Of a stretch of DNA of 32,000 nucleotides, positions 18,776 to 29,009 are shown piece by piece. Below the pieces are notes generated by a model. The model was not told where the DNA came from and did no database searches. It was given only the letters and a program-made list of their open reading frames with translations. Position 1 is the first letter of the stretch. Every line of letters starts with the position of its first letter. The position numbers were made by a program, and so were the translations under genes. This stretch comes from Archaeoglobus fulgidus DSM 4304 (GTDB taxonomy: Archaea > Halobacteriota > Archaeoglobi > Archaeoglobales > Archaeoglobaceae), in contig NC_000917.1 in the NCBI RefSeq assembly GCF_000008665.1, forward strand, positions 2,130,001 through 2,162,000, in the 5' to 3' direction.

Positions 18776-21078
18776 GGGAAATACCTGATTTCGATAACAT
18801 CGGTGTATTTCCTCCAGTCCGTCTTTCTTTTTACACCTTTTATTACTTTTTCAGCGATGTTGAGCGCTCCAATCCTGTTGAGGGGCTGGTTGTTGTTTCC
18901 GCACTGGTAGCTGTAGGTGCACTTGGGGCAGCCGTCAACTCTTCCGCAATCGCAGCTTTCCAGGATCGTTTTGGAAATCTCAAACGCCCTTCTCAGTCTT
19001 TTGAAGAGGAGCTTTGACAAACCGCTTCCCCCAACGCTCGCGTCGTAAACGAAGATATCCCCTTCAGGTACGGATATACCCCCCATCTCCCTGCTCCCCC
19101 CTCCCGTTATGGCGTCGGTCGTTTCTATTATAACGTGCTCCAGGGCGTGGAAGCTTCCTGCGTAGTAGTCCTCGTAGTCTGCCGGATCCGGGAAGGGGGC
19201 GGAGAATAGGAACCCCTTTGTTTTGAAGGTGTAGCTCACGGGCTCGTCGAGGTAGTGAAAAGCCTTCCTCTCTCTGTCGAAGACGTCTCGCTCAATGTAT
19301 CCGTGAACGAGGTAGTTAATTTCGATTGAGCAGTAAACGGCATTCACAGGCTCCTCAATTTCATCTTCAACTTCAATTATTCTCGGGATGGTCATGTAGA
19401 GCGGGTCTGTTATTTCGTTTCCGTAATCCAGCTCAACGACCTCAGCTCTCAGTCTTTTCAGGTCTAACTCAACGGTTCTGTACCTCACACCGTTGTGCAC
19501 CAAAATGCTTCCCGGAAACAGCTCCTTTACGGCTATCGGTAAAGCCCTCTCCCCTATGTACTTTCCATCGTGGTATATTTTAACCGCATCACCTATTCCG
19601 CGAAAACTGAAAGCTCTGCTCAGCTCTATTGCTTTTGCCGTTGGATGAAAAGCTCCCTCCCTCTCAACGACAATTCCCTGAGCCTGGAGTTTCTGCATGA
19701 TTTCTGCAGACTGTCTATCCAGCTCTTCAAGCCGTACGGGCTTCTCGATGCACATAGAGATGAGCTGGAACTTCATAACCTCCTCGTTGTGCCTCTCAAC
19801 GTAGCCGTTTGCCTCCTCCTTAAAATAGTCCTCAGGCTTTGTCCTGTAGTAGGTGCTTATGGAGTCGTCCTCCCTCAGAATCACTACCCCTACGCTTTCC
19901 TGTCCCTTTCTCCCCGCCCTTCCCACTCTCTGAATCATCTGCCCATACGGAACGAGCTCGGAAACGACAACATCAACATCTCCGATGTCCACTCCGAGCT
20001 CAAGAGTTGGGGTTGAGACAACGATGTTAATCTCTCCCCTCTTGAACTTCGCCTCAACCTCCTCCCTGACCTCCTTCGGCAGCCCGCTCTTGTGTATTGC
20101 CGATTTCAGCCCGTGTCGCCTCAGTATCAGGTTTATAGTCTCAACGCTCTTGTAGCTGTTTCCGAAAACGATAATCTTCCTGTTTCTCAAGGCCGTGACT
20201 ATCTCTCTGACCGCCGAGTAAAGGCTGGGTGTGTAGCGGAAAATGAGGTGGAGTGTCCCCTTCCTGTGCTCTCCAGACACCAGTACGAAGTCTCTGTCAA
20301 ATAGCTCCTCGGCAAATTCGGCGGCGTTTGAAAGTGTGGCCGAAGCGCAGGCTATCTGAAACTCCGCAAACCTGGATAGCCTTTTCACGAGGTAGTGCAT
20401 GTTGCTGCCCAAAACTCCCGTGTAGGTGTGGAGCTCGTCAACCGCGATGAAGCTGAGTTCTCTGCAGATTCTTCTGAAGGCCGGCGTGTTCCTGAGGTGG
20501 TAGTCAACCATATCCGGATTGGTCAGGATGATGTCGCACTTCCCGCTCAGCACAGCCCTTCTTTCCTCTCTGCCGGAATCTCCATCGAATCTCACCGCCC
20601 TCAGGCCGAGAGATGAGGTGTAGAACTTGATTTTTTCCTCCTGGTCTCTTGCGAGAGCTTTGGTGGGGTAAAAGACCATGGCCTTACCGCCGTGCAAAGC
20701 CCTCCAAAGCATTGGAACTGCAAAGGCCTCTGTCTTGCCGAATCCTGTTGGGGCTGTGATGACGACGTCTCTCCCCTCCATAAGCCGAATCATGGCCTCC
20801 TTCTGAAACGGATAAAGCCTACCAATACCCCTTTTTCTAAGGCAGCTGGCAAGCTCTGATGGAAGAAAATCGAGCTCTTCTGTTGGTTTTTCCCTGAAGG
20901 GTCTGAGAACCTTGTAGAGGACTATTTCGTCATCCGTGTCGAAAAGCGGTAAAAGGAACTCTTTGTAGCCAACCTTTTTCAGGAGCTCGAGGTTTCTCTG
21001 CCTTATACTCCGCTTCCTGCACTTGCACCTCCTTTTCAGCATCCCGCACTGAGGGCAGAACAACTCGTCCACTTTCAA
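18772..21078 (-). CDS. DEAD/DEAH-box helicase with C-terminal DUF1998 zinc-cluster domain (Hrq1/MrfA-like)
   Basis: 768 aa; TAPTGFGKTEAF, DELHTYTG, VVSTPTLELGVDIGDVDVV, QRVGRAGR, and C-terminal CDCGRVDGCPKCTYSYQCGNNNQPLNR. Confidence 0.93.
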   Translation of the reverse strand: MKVDELFCPQCGMLKRRCKCRKRSIRQRNLELLKKVGYKEFLLPLFDTDDEIVLYKVLRPFREKPTEELDFLPSELASCLRKRGIGRLYPFQKEAMIRLMEGRDVVITAPTGFGKTEAFAVPMLWRALHGGKAMVFYPTKALARDQEEKIKFYTSSLGLRAVRFDGDSGREERRAVLSGKCDIILTNPDMVDYHLRNTPAFRRICRELSFIAVDELHTYTGVLGSNMHYLVKRLSRFAEFQIACASATLSNAAEFAEELFDRDFVLVSGEHRKGTLHLIFRYTPSLYSAVREIVTALRNRKIIVFGNSYKSVETINLILRRHGLKSAIHKSGLPKEVREEVEAKFKRGEINIVVSTPTLELGVDIGDVDVVVSELVPYGQMIQRVGRAGRKGQESVGVVILREDDSISTYYRTKPEDYFKEEANGYVERHNEEVMKFQLISMCIEKPVRLEELDRQSAEIMQKLQAQGIVVEREGAFHPTAKAIELSRAFSFRGIGDAVKIYHDGKYIGERALPIAVKELFPGSILVHNGVRYRTVELDLKRLRAEVVELDYGNEITDPLYMTIPRIIEVEDEIEEPVNAVYCSIEINYLVHGYIERDVFDRERKAFHYLDEPVSYTFKTKGFLFSAPFPDPADYEDYYAGSFHALEHVIIETTDAITGGGSREMGGISVPEGDIFVYDASVGGSGLSKLLFKRLRRAFEISKTILESCDCGRVDGCPKCTYSYQCGNNNQPLNRIGALNIAEKVIKGVKRKTDWRKYTDVIEIRYFP

Positions 21079-21108
21079 AGTTCGGGGAGAAGTTAAAATT
21101 GGTTTTCC

Positions 21109-21720
21109 TCAGATGTGCAGAAGCTCTGCCGTGGCCTCAAGCATCGCGTCAATGCCCTCTCTGCCCCTCATTATCCTTCCATGCCCCGGGAGGATGTACT
21201 CAGCATCCAGTGACCTCAGCTTCTCAATTGACCTTGCAAGCTCCTTTTTATCGCTGCCGTAGATGTCAAATCTCCCCGGAACTCCGTTCTCGAAAATGAG
21301 GTCTCCTGTTATCGCAGCAGAGTGCTCGGGTAGATAGAAGGTCAAGCTTCCGGGAGAGTGACCGGGAGTTCTCAGAATTTCTATGCCGGTGTTTCCGATG
21401 ATGAAATGCTTACCGAGCTTTATGTCAAGGTTGAAGCGGTACTGGGAAACGGCCATGTCTTTAGAATCAAAACCGAGCAATGCCCCTCTCTCTGCAAAGA
21501 GGACGTTGCTCTCGCAATGGTCTCTGTGGAGATGAGTGTTGAAGACGTAGTTGGCCTCTCCAATTCCATCGTTCCTCATCAAACCCCTCAGATTCGTGTA
21601 GCTCTTGAAGGTGCCCGGGTCGATGACTGCAACTTCCTCATCCGCAATAACGTAGCAGTTTGACGAGTCTCTGAAGGCCCTTCCCCACGTGTAGGCGTAA
21701 ACCCCCTCAAACAGCTTCAC
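21109..21720 (-). CDS. MBL-fold metallo-hydrolase
   Basis: 203 aa; VFNTHLHRDHCESNV, TPGHSPGSLTFY, LPGHGRI. Confidence 0.92.
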   Translation of the reverse strand: MKLFEGVYAYTWGRAFRDSSNCYVIADEEVAVIDPGTFKSYTNLRGLMRNDGIGEANYVFNTHLHRDHCESNVLFAERGALLGFDSKDMAVSQYRFNLDIKLGKHFIIGNTGIEILRTPGHSPGSLTFYLPEHSAAITGDLIFENGVPGRFDIYGSDKKELARSIEKLRSLDAEYILPGHGRIMRGREGIDAMLEATAELLHI

Positions 21721-21768
21721 GAATTCACTAAGCGGTAAATATTAAAAGCCTTGCTGCCACTTGATAGC

Positions 21769-21945
21769 ATGGAGAGGAGGCACCTGAAATGCCCGCTCTG
21801 CAGTGGAGAAAAATTCAGGGCTGAAGAGGGAAAGCTGGACAGCAAGTGGGGATTTACGGCCCACAAGGTCCGCATAGCTATCTGCGAGAATTGCGGCTAC
21901 GTCATGATGTTCTACAAAGGCAGGACTATCTGGGACTTCGATTAG
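21769..21945 (+). CDS. Small zinc-ribbon protein (58 aa)
   Basis: MERRHLKCPLCSGEKF...VRIAICENCGYVMMFYKG with two CxxC knuckles. Confidence 0.7.
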   Translation: MERRHLKCPLCSGEKFRAEEGKLDSKWGFTAHKVRIAICENCGYVMMFYKGRTIWDFD

Positions 21946-22394
21946 CGGACGAGAAGGTTGTTGAAGGTGTTCAGGAACATGTAAAGGCTTGCAACGAGGG
22001 CTATTTCCAGCAACTCGTCGTAATCGAAGATTTCAAGGATTTTTTGAATTTCTTCATCCTCCAACTTTCCCTTAGTTATTGCAATTTTTGCAGCAAAGCT
22101 CAGGGCAGCCTTTTCTCTCTCATTCAAAGGTTCAATGCTTTCTCCCATCATTTCCAGCTTTCTGCTGTGGCTGATGAGGCAGGGGTTGCAGTAATTAACC
22201 TTCGAAACTGCGAGGGCAATCTTTTCCTTCAGGATGGGATTTAGCTTTCCTTCAGCCATAATGCTGTCTCTGAATTCAATGAACCGTAAAAGAGTTTCAG
22301 GCCTTCGTGAGAGGATTTTGTAAGCCTCTGGGACCTCTCTTCCCCTGAACCTCTCCTCCAGCATTCTTTCAATGTCCATGGTGTGGCTTGGCAT
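21942..22394 (-). CDS. Carboxymuconolactone decarboxylase/AhpD-family protein
   Basis: 150 aa; LKEKIALAVSKVNYCNPCLISHSRKLEMMG with the CxxC-xxxH motif. Confidence 0.85.
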   Translation of the reverse strand: MPSHTMDIERMLEERFRGREVPEAYKILSRRPETLLRFIEFRDSIMAEGKLNPILKEKIALAVSKVNYCNPCLISHSRKLEMMGESIEPLNEREKAALSFAAKIAITKGKLEDEEIQKILEIFDYDELLEIALVASLYMFLNTFNNLLVR

Positions 22395-22436
22395 GGCAGT
22401 TGAAAAGGTTTATGTTGATGCTGCAAGAAAAACGTC

Positions 22437-23141
22437 ATGGAATTTCATGAAATTGATAGGATGGCGAAAAAGCTCGGTGCTGATATCTTTGGAGTGGCGG
22501 ATTTGGACCTTCTCAGAGAGTATGAAACTTTTCCGGAAAACCTTCTGGATAGCTTCGACTTCGGCATCTCCATAGGTGTTAAGCTCCCAGACCCTCTCTT
22601 CGATATGCTGCCGGACTCAAGAAACCTCTACTCCCGCTACTACGTTGTTGCCAACGACATGCTCGACAGAATCGCCTTCGAAATCAGCAGGGCTATTGAG
22701 AGTGAGGGTTACGAGGCTCTGCCGATTCCCGCCTCCAAAGTTCTCAGCGACCTTCACTGGAGGAGCTACGTCTCCCACAAAGCCATTGCCAGAGCTGCAG
22801 GAGTGGGGTGGGTTGGGAGAAATCTGCTCCTAATAACGCCTCAGTTCGGCCCGAGAGTGAGATTAGCAAGCGTTCTAACGGACATGCCCCTGAAAGCTGG
22901 AAAGCCCGCGAGAAACAGATGCGGAGTTTGCAGGGAGTGCATCGATAGCTGCATAACTCAGGCTCTGCGCTACTCTGAGTTTGACGATTATCCCGAAAGG
23001 GATGAGGTTTTTGAGGTGGACAAGTGCGCTGCAAAGCTAAAGGAGTTTGCCAGCAATCCCGACATAGGGACAATGGTGTGTGGTATATGTATCAAGGTTT
23101 GCCCGTGGGGAAAATTGGGAAACAAAACAAAAGGCAATTAA
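22437..23141 (+). CDS. QueG-like double [4Fe-4S] cluster protein
   Basis: AGVGWVGRNLLLITPQFGPRVRLASVLTDMPL, CGVCRECIDSCITQAL, CGICIKVCPWGK. Confidence 0.83.
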   Translation: MEFHEIDRMAKKLGADIFGVADLDLLREYETFPENLLDSFDFGISIGVKLPDPLFDMLPDSRNLYSRYYVVANDMLDRIAFEISRAIESEGYEALPIPASKVLSDLHWRSYVSHKAIARAAGVGWVGRNLLLITPQFGPRVRLASVLTDMPLKAGKPARNRCGVCRECIDSCITQALRYSEFDDYPERDEVFEVDKCAAKLKEFASNPDIGTMVCGICIKVCPWGKLGNKTKGN

Positions 23142-23160
23142 GGAACGGAGCTTAGTGAAT

Positions 23161-23646
23161 GTTATGAAACAGGAGATTGCGAAAATGGTCAGGGACTGGC
23201 TGGTTGAGGAGGGAATTTACAAGGACAAGGTTGCAGACGAGAATGCAGACTACCACTTTCTGGCTGAGATTCCCCCGAACTCAAGGCAGTTCATCGACGT
23301 TGTTTTCCCGAAGAACAGGGATGACATGGTCGTTGTCGCATCGGGGATAAGGCTTAGTGATGAGCACTACCGCTCCCTGATGAGCTTGAATGCCGAAAAA
23401 AGAAACGAACTGCTGTGGAAAATGCGCTTTGACCTGCTTTTCCTGCCCACAGGCTTTCAGATTCTGCCGAATGTTGACGATCCTCAGCTCTTCCAGTTCA
23501 CGAGGGAGCTTTACTTCGACGGGCTGAACAAGAACCTCTTCATGGATGCTATTAAGCAGGTTCACCGCTGCAAGCTTTACGTTATCTGGACGATGCAGAG
23601 AATTTCCGGAAAGCGTGATGAGCCCGACATGTCCATGTATCGTTAA
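23161..23646 (+). CDS. Conserved hypothetical protein, possibly DUF2299-like
   Basis: 161 aa from ATG at 23161 (MKQEIAKMVRDWLVEEGIYKDKVADENADYHFLAEIPPNSRQFIDVVFPK...). Family assignment from memory only. Confidence 0.55.
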   Translation, partial: VMKQEIAKMVRDWLVEEGIYKDKVADENADYHFLAEIPPNSRQFIDVVFPKNRDDMVVVASGIRLSDEHYRSLMSLNAEKRNELLWKMRFDLLFLPTGFQILPNVDDPQLFQFTRELYFDGLNKNLFMDAIKQVHRCKLYVIWTMQRISGKRDEPDMSMYR

Positions 23647-23687
23647 TTTTTAAAAAAGTTCATATAGTATGAAATCCTCTCGCCAGT

Positions 23688-24779
23688 ATGGAGTTCGGGA
23701 CTGTTGCGCCAACCTTTCCGCCAATTGAGGAGGTGCCGAAAACAGCAAAGAGGATGGAGGAGAAGGGCTACGATGCTATATGGGTTGCTGACCACCTGAT
23801 GGGCTGGTATCCTCACGATTTGTGGAAGGAAACTATCTTTGCGATGCGCTATCCGTCATGCCACATGTTCTACGATGCTTTCTGCGAAATCTGCTACGCC
23901 GCTCCCGCAACAGAGAAGATAAAGTTCGGGACATCTGTCACTGAGGTTTTCAGGAGACATCCAGCGGTGCTGCTTCAGCAGGCCGTAACGGCCAACCACG
24001 CCACCAAGGGCAGGTTCATTCTCGGCCTTGGTGCGGGAGAGGCTGAGAACATCGTCCCCTACGGAATAGACTTCAGCAAGCCCGTTGCGAGGCTTGAGGA
24101 GGCCGTTGAGGTGATGAAGCTCATGCTGAACAGCGATTACGGGGAGCCTATAAACTACGAGGGCAAGTTCTACCGCCTTGAGGATGCGGTCTTCGACATC
24201 AAGCCAATCAGCGAAATACCCTTCTGGTTTGGGGCTCATGGCAACAGAATGCTGAAGCTAACAGCCAAGCACGGCGACGGATGGCTGCCAACCACGCTGC
24301 CCCCTGAGGTTTACAGGGAGAGGGCTGAGAAGCTCGACAGCTTTGCCAAAGAGTTTGGCAGGGAGCCGGAGGAGATAACAAAGGCCATCTTTGTTAGTCT
24401 GATTGTTGATGAAAAGCCGGAGGAGGTTGAAAAGCTTTTAAAATCCCCCATCCTGAAGGTTCACGCTTTGCTAATGCCCTCCGAGTTTTACGAGATGCTC
24501 GGCTACAAGCATCCCTTCGGCAAGTTTTACGGGCTGCTCGACTACATTCCCACCAAGTACACCAAGGAGCAGATAATGGAGGCCATAAAGCAGGTTCCGG
24601 ATGAGATAATGAGAATAGCCTACATCGCTGGAACGCCAGAGGAAATAGTCCAGCAGTTCGAGCAGTACGAGAAGCTGGGAGTTAGCCACATCGTGATATG
24701 GAATCTGACATACTTTGGCGATGTAAGCAAGATAAAGACATCCTACGCTCTGATAGACGAAATCATGAGTCACTTTTAG
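23688..24779 (+). CDS. LLM-class (F420/FMN-dependent) oxidoreductase
   Basis: 363 aa; GYDAIWVADHLMGW, GTSVTEVFRRHPAVLLQQAVTANHATKGRFILGLGAGEAENI. Confidence 0.9.
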   Translation: MEFGTVAPTFPPIEEVPKTAKRMEEKGYDAIWVADHLMGWYPHDLWKETIFAMRYPSCHMFYDAFCEICYAAPATEKIKFGTSVTEVFRRHPAVLLQQAVTANHATKGRFILGLGAGEAENIVPYGIDFSKPVARLEEAVEVMKLMLNSDYGEPINYEGKFYRLEDAVFDIKPISEIPFWFGAHGNRMLKLTAKHGDGWLPTTLPPEVYRERAEKLDSFAKEFGREPEEITKAIFVSLIVDEKPEEVEKLLKSPILKVHALLMPSEFYEMLGYKHPFGKFYGLLDYIPTKYTKEQIMEAIKQVPDEIMRIAYIAGTPEEIVQQFEQYEKLGVSHIVIWNLTYFGDVSKIKTSYALIDEIMSHF

Positions 24780-24818
24780 CGGGCAAAGTTTTTTTGCCTT
24801 TGCGCCTTTTTTTAAACT

Positions 24819-26096
24819 ATGACTTTAATCGAAGATGCAAGGAAGGGAGTTGTGACGGATTTCGTTAAAAAGGCAGCAGAATATGAAGGAATTGAAGCTG
24901 AAAAGCTGATCAGGCTCATCTCTCACGGTTACGTAGTCCTGCCAAAAAATGTGAGGAGGGAAGAAGTCCAGCCGAGGGCAATAGGGATGCTCACCTCCAC
25001 AAAGGTTAACGCCAATGTCGGAACCTCTGCCGACTACATAAACGTTGAGGAGGAAGTTGAGAAGGCCATCATCGCGCAGAAAGCGGGGGCAGACGCTGTT
25101 ATGGACTTATCGTCAGGCGGGGATCTGGATGCGATTAGGAAGAGGATAATGGAGGTCGTTGAGGTTCCCTTCGGCACTGTGCCCATTTATCAGGCAGCAA
25201 GAGACTGCCACAGAGTTGTGGACATGGACGAGGACGACTTTTTCAGGGTTGTGGAGAAGCATGCCAAGGATGGTGTTGATTTTATGACAATTCATGCTGG
25301 CGTGAACTGGGTGAGCGTTGAGAGGCTGAGAAGGTCAAAAAGGCTTCTGGGAGTTGTCAGCAGGGGAGGGGCGATAACCATCGGCTGGATGCTGCACAAC
25401 GAGAAGGAAAATCCCTACTACAAGGATTTCGACTACCTTCTTGAAATTCTCAAGGAGTACGATGTGACAATCAGCCTTGGTGATGCTTACCGCCCCGGAT
25501 GCATCCACGATGCTGGTGATAGAGCAAAATACACGGAGTTCATAATGCTCGGAGAGCTGGTGGAGAAGTGCAGAGAAAAAGGGGTGCAGTGCATGGTTGA
25601 GGGCCCCGGCCACGTCCCGCTTGACCAGATTGAAACATCAGTAAGAGCTATGAAGAGCGTCACGGACAACGCTCCTCTGTATTTGCTCGGTCCACTCGTC
25701 ACCGACATCGCCGCAGGCTACGACCACATTGCAGCAGCAATAGGTGCGGCAATTGCAGGCATGGCAGGGGCGGACTTCATCTGCTATGTAACTCCCTCAG
25801 AGCACCTCGCTTTGCCTACAGTTGAGGATGTCAGAGAGGGAGTTATCGCGGCAAAGATTGCTGCTCACGCCATTGATTTAATAAAAGAGGGACAGAGGGA
25901 GAGGGCAAGGCAGAGGGACTACGAGATGTCCCTCGCCAGAAAGAATCTGGACTGGGAGAGGCAGTTTGAGCTCTCCATTGATCCAGAGAAAGCGAGGGAG
26001 ATTTACAGCAGAAGGAAGTCGGAGAGCGAGGCCTGCAGCATGTGCGGTGACCTGTGTGCGATAAAGCTTGTGAAGGAGGCCTTCGAAAGGGACTAA
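24819..26096 (+). CDS. thiC: Phosphomethylpyrimidine synthase (thiamine biosynthesis)
   Basis: 425 aa; [43 protein letters not shown]. Confidence 0.96.
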   Translation: MTLIEDARKGVVTDFVKKAAEYEGIEAEKLIRLISHGYVVLPKNVRREEVQPRAIGMLTSTKVNANVGTSADYINVEEEVEKAIIAQKAGADAVMDLSSGGDLDAIRKRIMEVVEVPFGTVPIYQAARDCHRVVDMDEDDFFRVVEKHAKDGVDFMTIHAGVNWVSVERLRRSKRLLGVVSRGGAITIGWMLHNEKENPYYKDFDYLLEILKEYDVTISLGDAYRPGCIHDAGDRAKYTEFIMLGELVEKCREKGVQCMVEGPGHVPLDQIETSVRAMKSVTDNAPLYLLGPLVTDIAAGYDHIAAAIGAAIAGMAGADFICYVTPSEHLALPTVEDVREGVIAAKIAAHAIDLIKEGQRERARQRDYEMSLARKNLDWERQFELSIDPEKAREIYSRRKSESEACSMCGDLCAIKLVKEAFERD

Positions 26097-26097
26097 T

Positions 26098-27225
26098 ATG
26101 GACACACCTTTTATCGTTTTCTGGGAGCTCACAAGGGCCTGCATGCTCGCATGCAAGCACTGCAGGGCCAAGGCCATTCGCAAAAGGCATCCTGATGAGC
26201 TTACAACCGAAGAATGCTTTAATGTCATCGACCAGCTATCAGAGTTCAATCCAAAGCCCCTTCTCATCATCACTGGTGGAGACCCGCTGATGAGGGATGA
26301 TGTTACCGAGATTATCTCCCACGCTGCTGAAAAGGGATTCAGGGTTGCCATAGCCTTCAGTGGCACGGAAAAGGCAACGGAGGAAAAGCTGAGGGAGCTT
26401 AAAGAGGCTGGTGTGGCAAGAGTGGCAGTGAGCATTGACGGCAGTGATGAGGAAAAGCACGACTCCTTCAGAGGTGTGAGGGGGACGTTCAGGATGAGCA
26501 TGATGGCTATAGAGAACGCAAAGAAAGCTGGACTTCCATTCCAGATTAACACGACAGTGACAAGGGAAAACATCGAGGATTTGCCGAACATCGCAAGGCT
26601 CTGCCTTGAGCTTGGAGCGGTGATGTGGGACGTCTTCTTTGTCGTGCCAACAGGAAGGGCTAAGGCCGAGATGATGCCAACTCCGCAGCAGTTCGAGGAC
26701 GTGCTCTGCTGGCTATACGATTTGAGCAAAAAAACAGGCCTGAACGTTAAGAGCTCTGCCGCAACGCATCTCAGAAGAATCGAGCTCATGAGAGACAGGG
26801 GAGAGATGCCTGCTGTGGGTGAGCTTTACTACAGGCTGCTTGAGCGAATTGAGGATTTTCCTGAAGGGGAGGGCATCGTTGTTGCAGGAGGGCATGGAAA
26901 AAGCCTCAGCACCGACGGAATAAGGAGGGCGATAGGCATAACCGACGGCAGGGGGATGTTCTTCATAAGCCACATCGGCGAGGTTTATCCCAGCGGCTTT
27001 CTGCCAATCGTTGCTGGAAATGTAAGAAACACGTCGCTTAAAGAAATCTACTACAGCTCGGAGATATTTGTGAACCTCAGAGACCCCGACAGGCTCAAGG
27101 GGAAGTGTGGCAGATGCGAGTACCGAAAAATCTGCGGGGGGAGCAGAGCGAGAGCCTATGCGGTGCATGGAGACTACCTCGCCGAGGAGCCGTGCTGCAT
27201 CTACATCCCGCAATCCTCAAGATAA
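26098..27225 (+). CDS. Radical SAM/SPASM domain protein
   Basis: 375 aa; ELTRACMLACKHCRA (CxxxCxxC), ITGGDPLMR, C-terminal CGRCEYRKICGGSRARAYAVHGDYLAEEPCC. Confidence 0.92.
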   Translation: MDTPFIVFWELTRACMLACKHCRAKAIRKRHPDELTTEECFNVIDQLSEFNPKPLLIITGGDPLMRDDVTEIISHAAEKGFRVAIAFSGTEKATEEKLRELKEAGVARVAVSIDGSDEEKHDSFRGVRGTFRMSMMAIENAKKAGLPFQINTTVTRENIEDLPNIARLCLELGAVMWDVFFVVPTGRAKAEMMPTPQQFEDVLCWLYDLSKKTGLNVKSSAATHLRRIELMRDRGEMPAVGELYYRLLERIEDFPEGEGIVVAGGHGKSLSTDGIRRAIGITDGRGMFFISHIGEVYPSGFLPIVAGNVRNTSLKEIYYSSEIFVNLRDPDRLKGKCGRCEYRKICGGSRARAYAVHGDYLAEEPCCIYIPQSSR

Positions 27226-27258
27226 TTCAACAATTGCCGAATTTGTATTCGACTATCC

Positions 27259-27286
27259 GTTAACTTTATAAATGGTTGGTTAACTT
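27259..27286. promoter_or_regulatory. Promoter with TATA-like TTTATAAA and two GTTAACTT direct repeats (27259-27266, 27279-27286)
   Basis: Repeats are exactly 20 bp apart; the TATA-like TTTATAAA sits between them and overlaps the end of the first repeat. Confidence 0.5.
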
Positions 27287-27292
27287 ATTATT

Positions 27293-27982
27293 GTGGAGTT
27301 CAGGAGTGTGGCAGAGAGAATATGCGGAGACATTGTCCTTTCCGAGAACTCAGGGGAGGCTTTGAGAAAGTGGAGGAGCATATTCAACGCTTCGCAGAGC
27401 GACCTAGCGAGAAAGCTTGGAATCTCTCCTTCGGTGATTAGCGACTACGAGTCGGGCAGAAGGAAACCTGGCACGGCGTTTCTCAAAAAGTTCGTGTGCG
27501 CGCTTATTGAGCTTGACGGCGAGAGGGGGTATCAGGTTCTTTCCAAGTACCGTTACTTCCTTGAGAGCGACCACAAGGCCGTTCTAGACATTGCGGAGTA
27601 TCAGAAAACAGCCGAACCGTCGGAATTCTGCGAGGTTATCGAGGGAAAAATGCTCACACACTTCGATAAAGCCATACACGGTCATACAGTAATAGACAGC
27701 ATAAACGCCATACTGTCTCTGAACGCTTTCGACTTCTACCGCCTCTACGGGCTTACGAGCGAGAGGGCTCTGATATTCACTAGGGTCTCTACAGGCAGGT
27801 CGCCCATGGTGGCTGTTAGGGTGTCCAATCTCAAGCCATCTGCGGTTGTGCTTCACGGGTTAGAGGCTGAGAGGGTTGATGAGATGGCGAAGAAGATAGC
27901 CGAGATTGAGAGAATCCCTCTCGTCGTTACCGAGATTGCGATAGGAGAGATCGTTAAAAGGTTGAGGAGGAAGTTTGCATGA
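27293..27982 (+). CDS. XRE-type helix-turn-helix transcriptional regulator, upstream of mevalonate pathway genes
   Basis: [45 protein letters not shown]; overlaps the HMG-CoA synthase start by 4 nt (ATGA). Confidence 0.87.
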   Translation: MEFRSVAERICGDIVLSENSGEALRKWRSIFNASQSDLARKLGISPSVISDYESGRRKPGTAFLKKFVCALIELDGERGYQVLSKYRYFLESDHKAVLDIAEYQKTAEPSEFCEVIEGKMLTHFDKAIHGHTVIDSINAILSLNAFDFYRLYGLTSERALIFTRVSTGRSPMVAVRVSNLKPSAVVLHGLEAERVDEMAKKIAEIERIPLVVTEIAIGEIVKRLRRKFA

Positions 27983-29009
27983 TAGGTATCGTTTCGTACG
28001 GCAGCTACGTTCCGAAGTTCAGGATAAGGGTTGAGGAGATTGCGAGAGTTTGGGGAGAGGATGCCAAAAAGATAAAGGACGGATTGGGTGTTCACGAGAA
28101 ATCGGTTCCGGGAATGGATGAAGATGCTGCCACAATTGCTGTGGAGGCGGCGAGAGAAGCCATCAGAAGGGCAGGGATCAACCCCGAGGAAATTGGTGCG
28201 GTCTTCGTCGGTTCCGAGAGTCACCCCTATGCAGTCAAGCCAACGGCAACGATTGTGGGAGAGGCGCTTGGTGTAGGGAATGATTACTTTGCTGCGGATT
28301 TGGAGTTTGCATGCAAGGCTGGTACAGCAGGAATGCAAATCTGCTACTCGATGGTTAAGGCGGGGATGATTAAGTATGGCCTTGCCATTGGTGCTGACAC
28401 CAGCCAGGCAAGGCCGGGAGACGCTCTTGAGTACGCAGCCGCTGCAGGTGGTGCAGCCTTCATCATCGGAGAAAATCCAATTGCAGAGGTTGAGGCCACT
28501 TACTCCTTCACCTCCGATACTCCCGACTTCTGGAGGAGAGACCTGCAGCCCTATCCGAGTCATGGAGGGAGGTTCACAGGCCTGCCTGCCTATTTCAGGC
28601 ACGTCATCTCGGCGGCGAAGGGATTGATGGAGAAGTATGGTTACAAAGTGGAGGACTTCGACTACGCAGTTTTCCACATGCCCAACGCAAAGTTTCCCGT
28701 GAGGGCTGCCAAAATGCTCGGCTTCAGCATGGAGCACATCAGCCAGGGTTTGGTGGTGAAGGCCATTGGAAACACCTACTCCGGCTCCTCTCTGCTCGGC
28801 CTCGCGGCAACGCTTGACGTTGCAGAGCCTGATGAGAGGATACTGCTGGTTTCTTCGGCTCAGGAGCTGGAAGTGATGCCTTTGCCATAAGGGTCACCGA
28901 TGCGATTGAAAATTATCCGAGGGAGCCGAAGGTTTGGGAGAAGATTGAGAGGAAGGCGTATGTGGATTATGCAATATATCTGAAGCACAGGAGGAAGATA
29001 AAGGCATGA
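27979..29009 (+). CDS. Hydroxymethylglutaryl-CoA synthase, apparent 1-nt frameshift near 28850-28857
   Basis: [26 protein letters not shown]...[15 protein letters not shown]...[16 protein letters not shown]. The last ~51 aa ([51 protein letters not shown]) lie in another frame ending at 29009. Confidence 0.92.

Noticed and set aside
24780-24818. Thiamine-pyrophosphate riboswitch before thiC
   Set aside because: Only about 40 bp separate the upstream stop from the thiC ATG and no THI-box sequence is visible.
25878-26789. 303-aa minus-strand ORF opposite thiC and the radical SAM gene
   Set aside because: Antisense to two well-supported genes, Ser/Leu-rich with no recognisable motif.
27853-28737. 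294-aa minus-strand ORF opposite HMG-CoA synthase
   Set aside because: Antisense shadow of a conserved gene; no motif.
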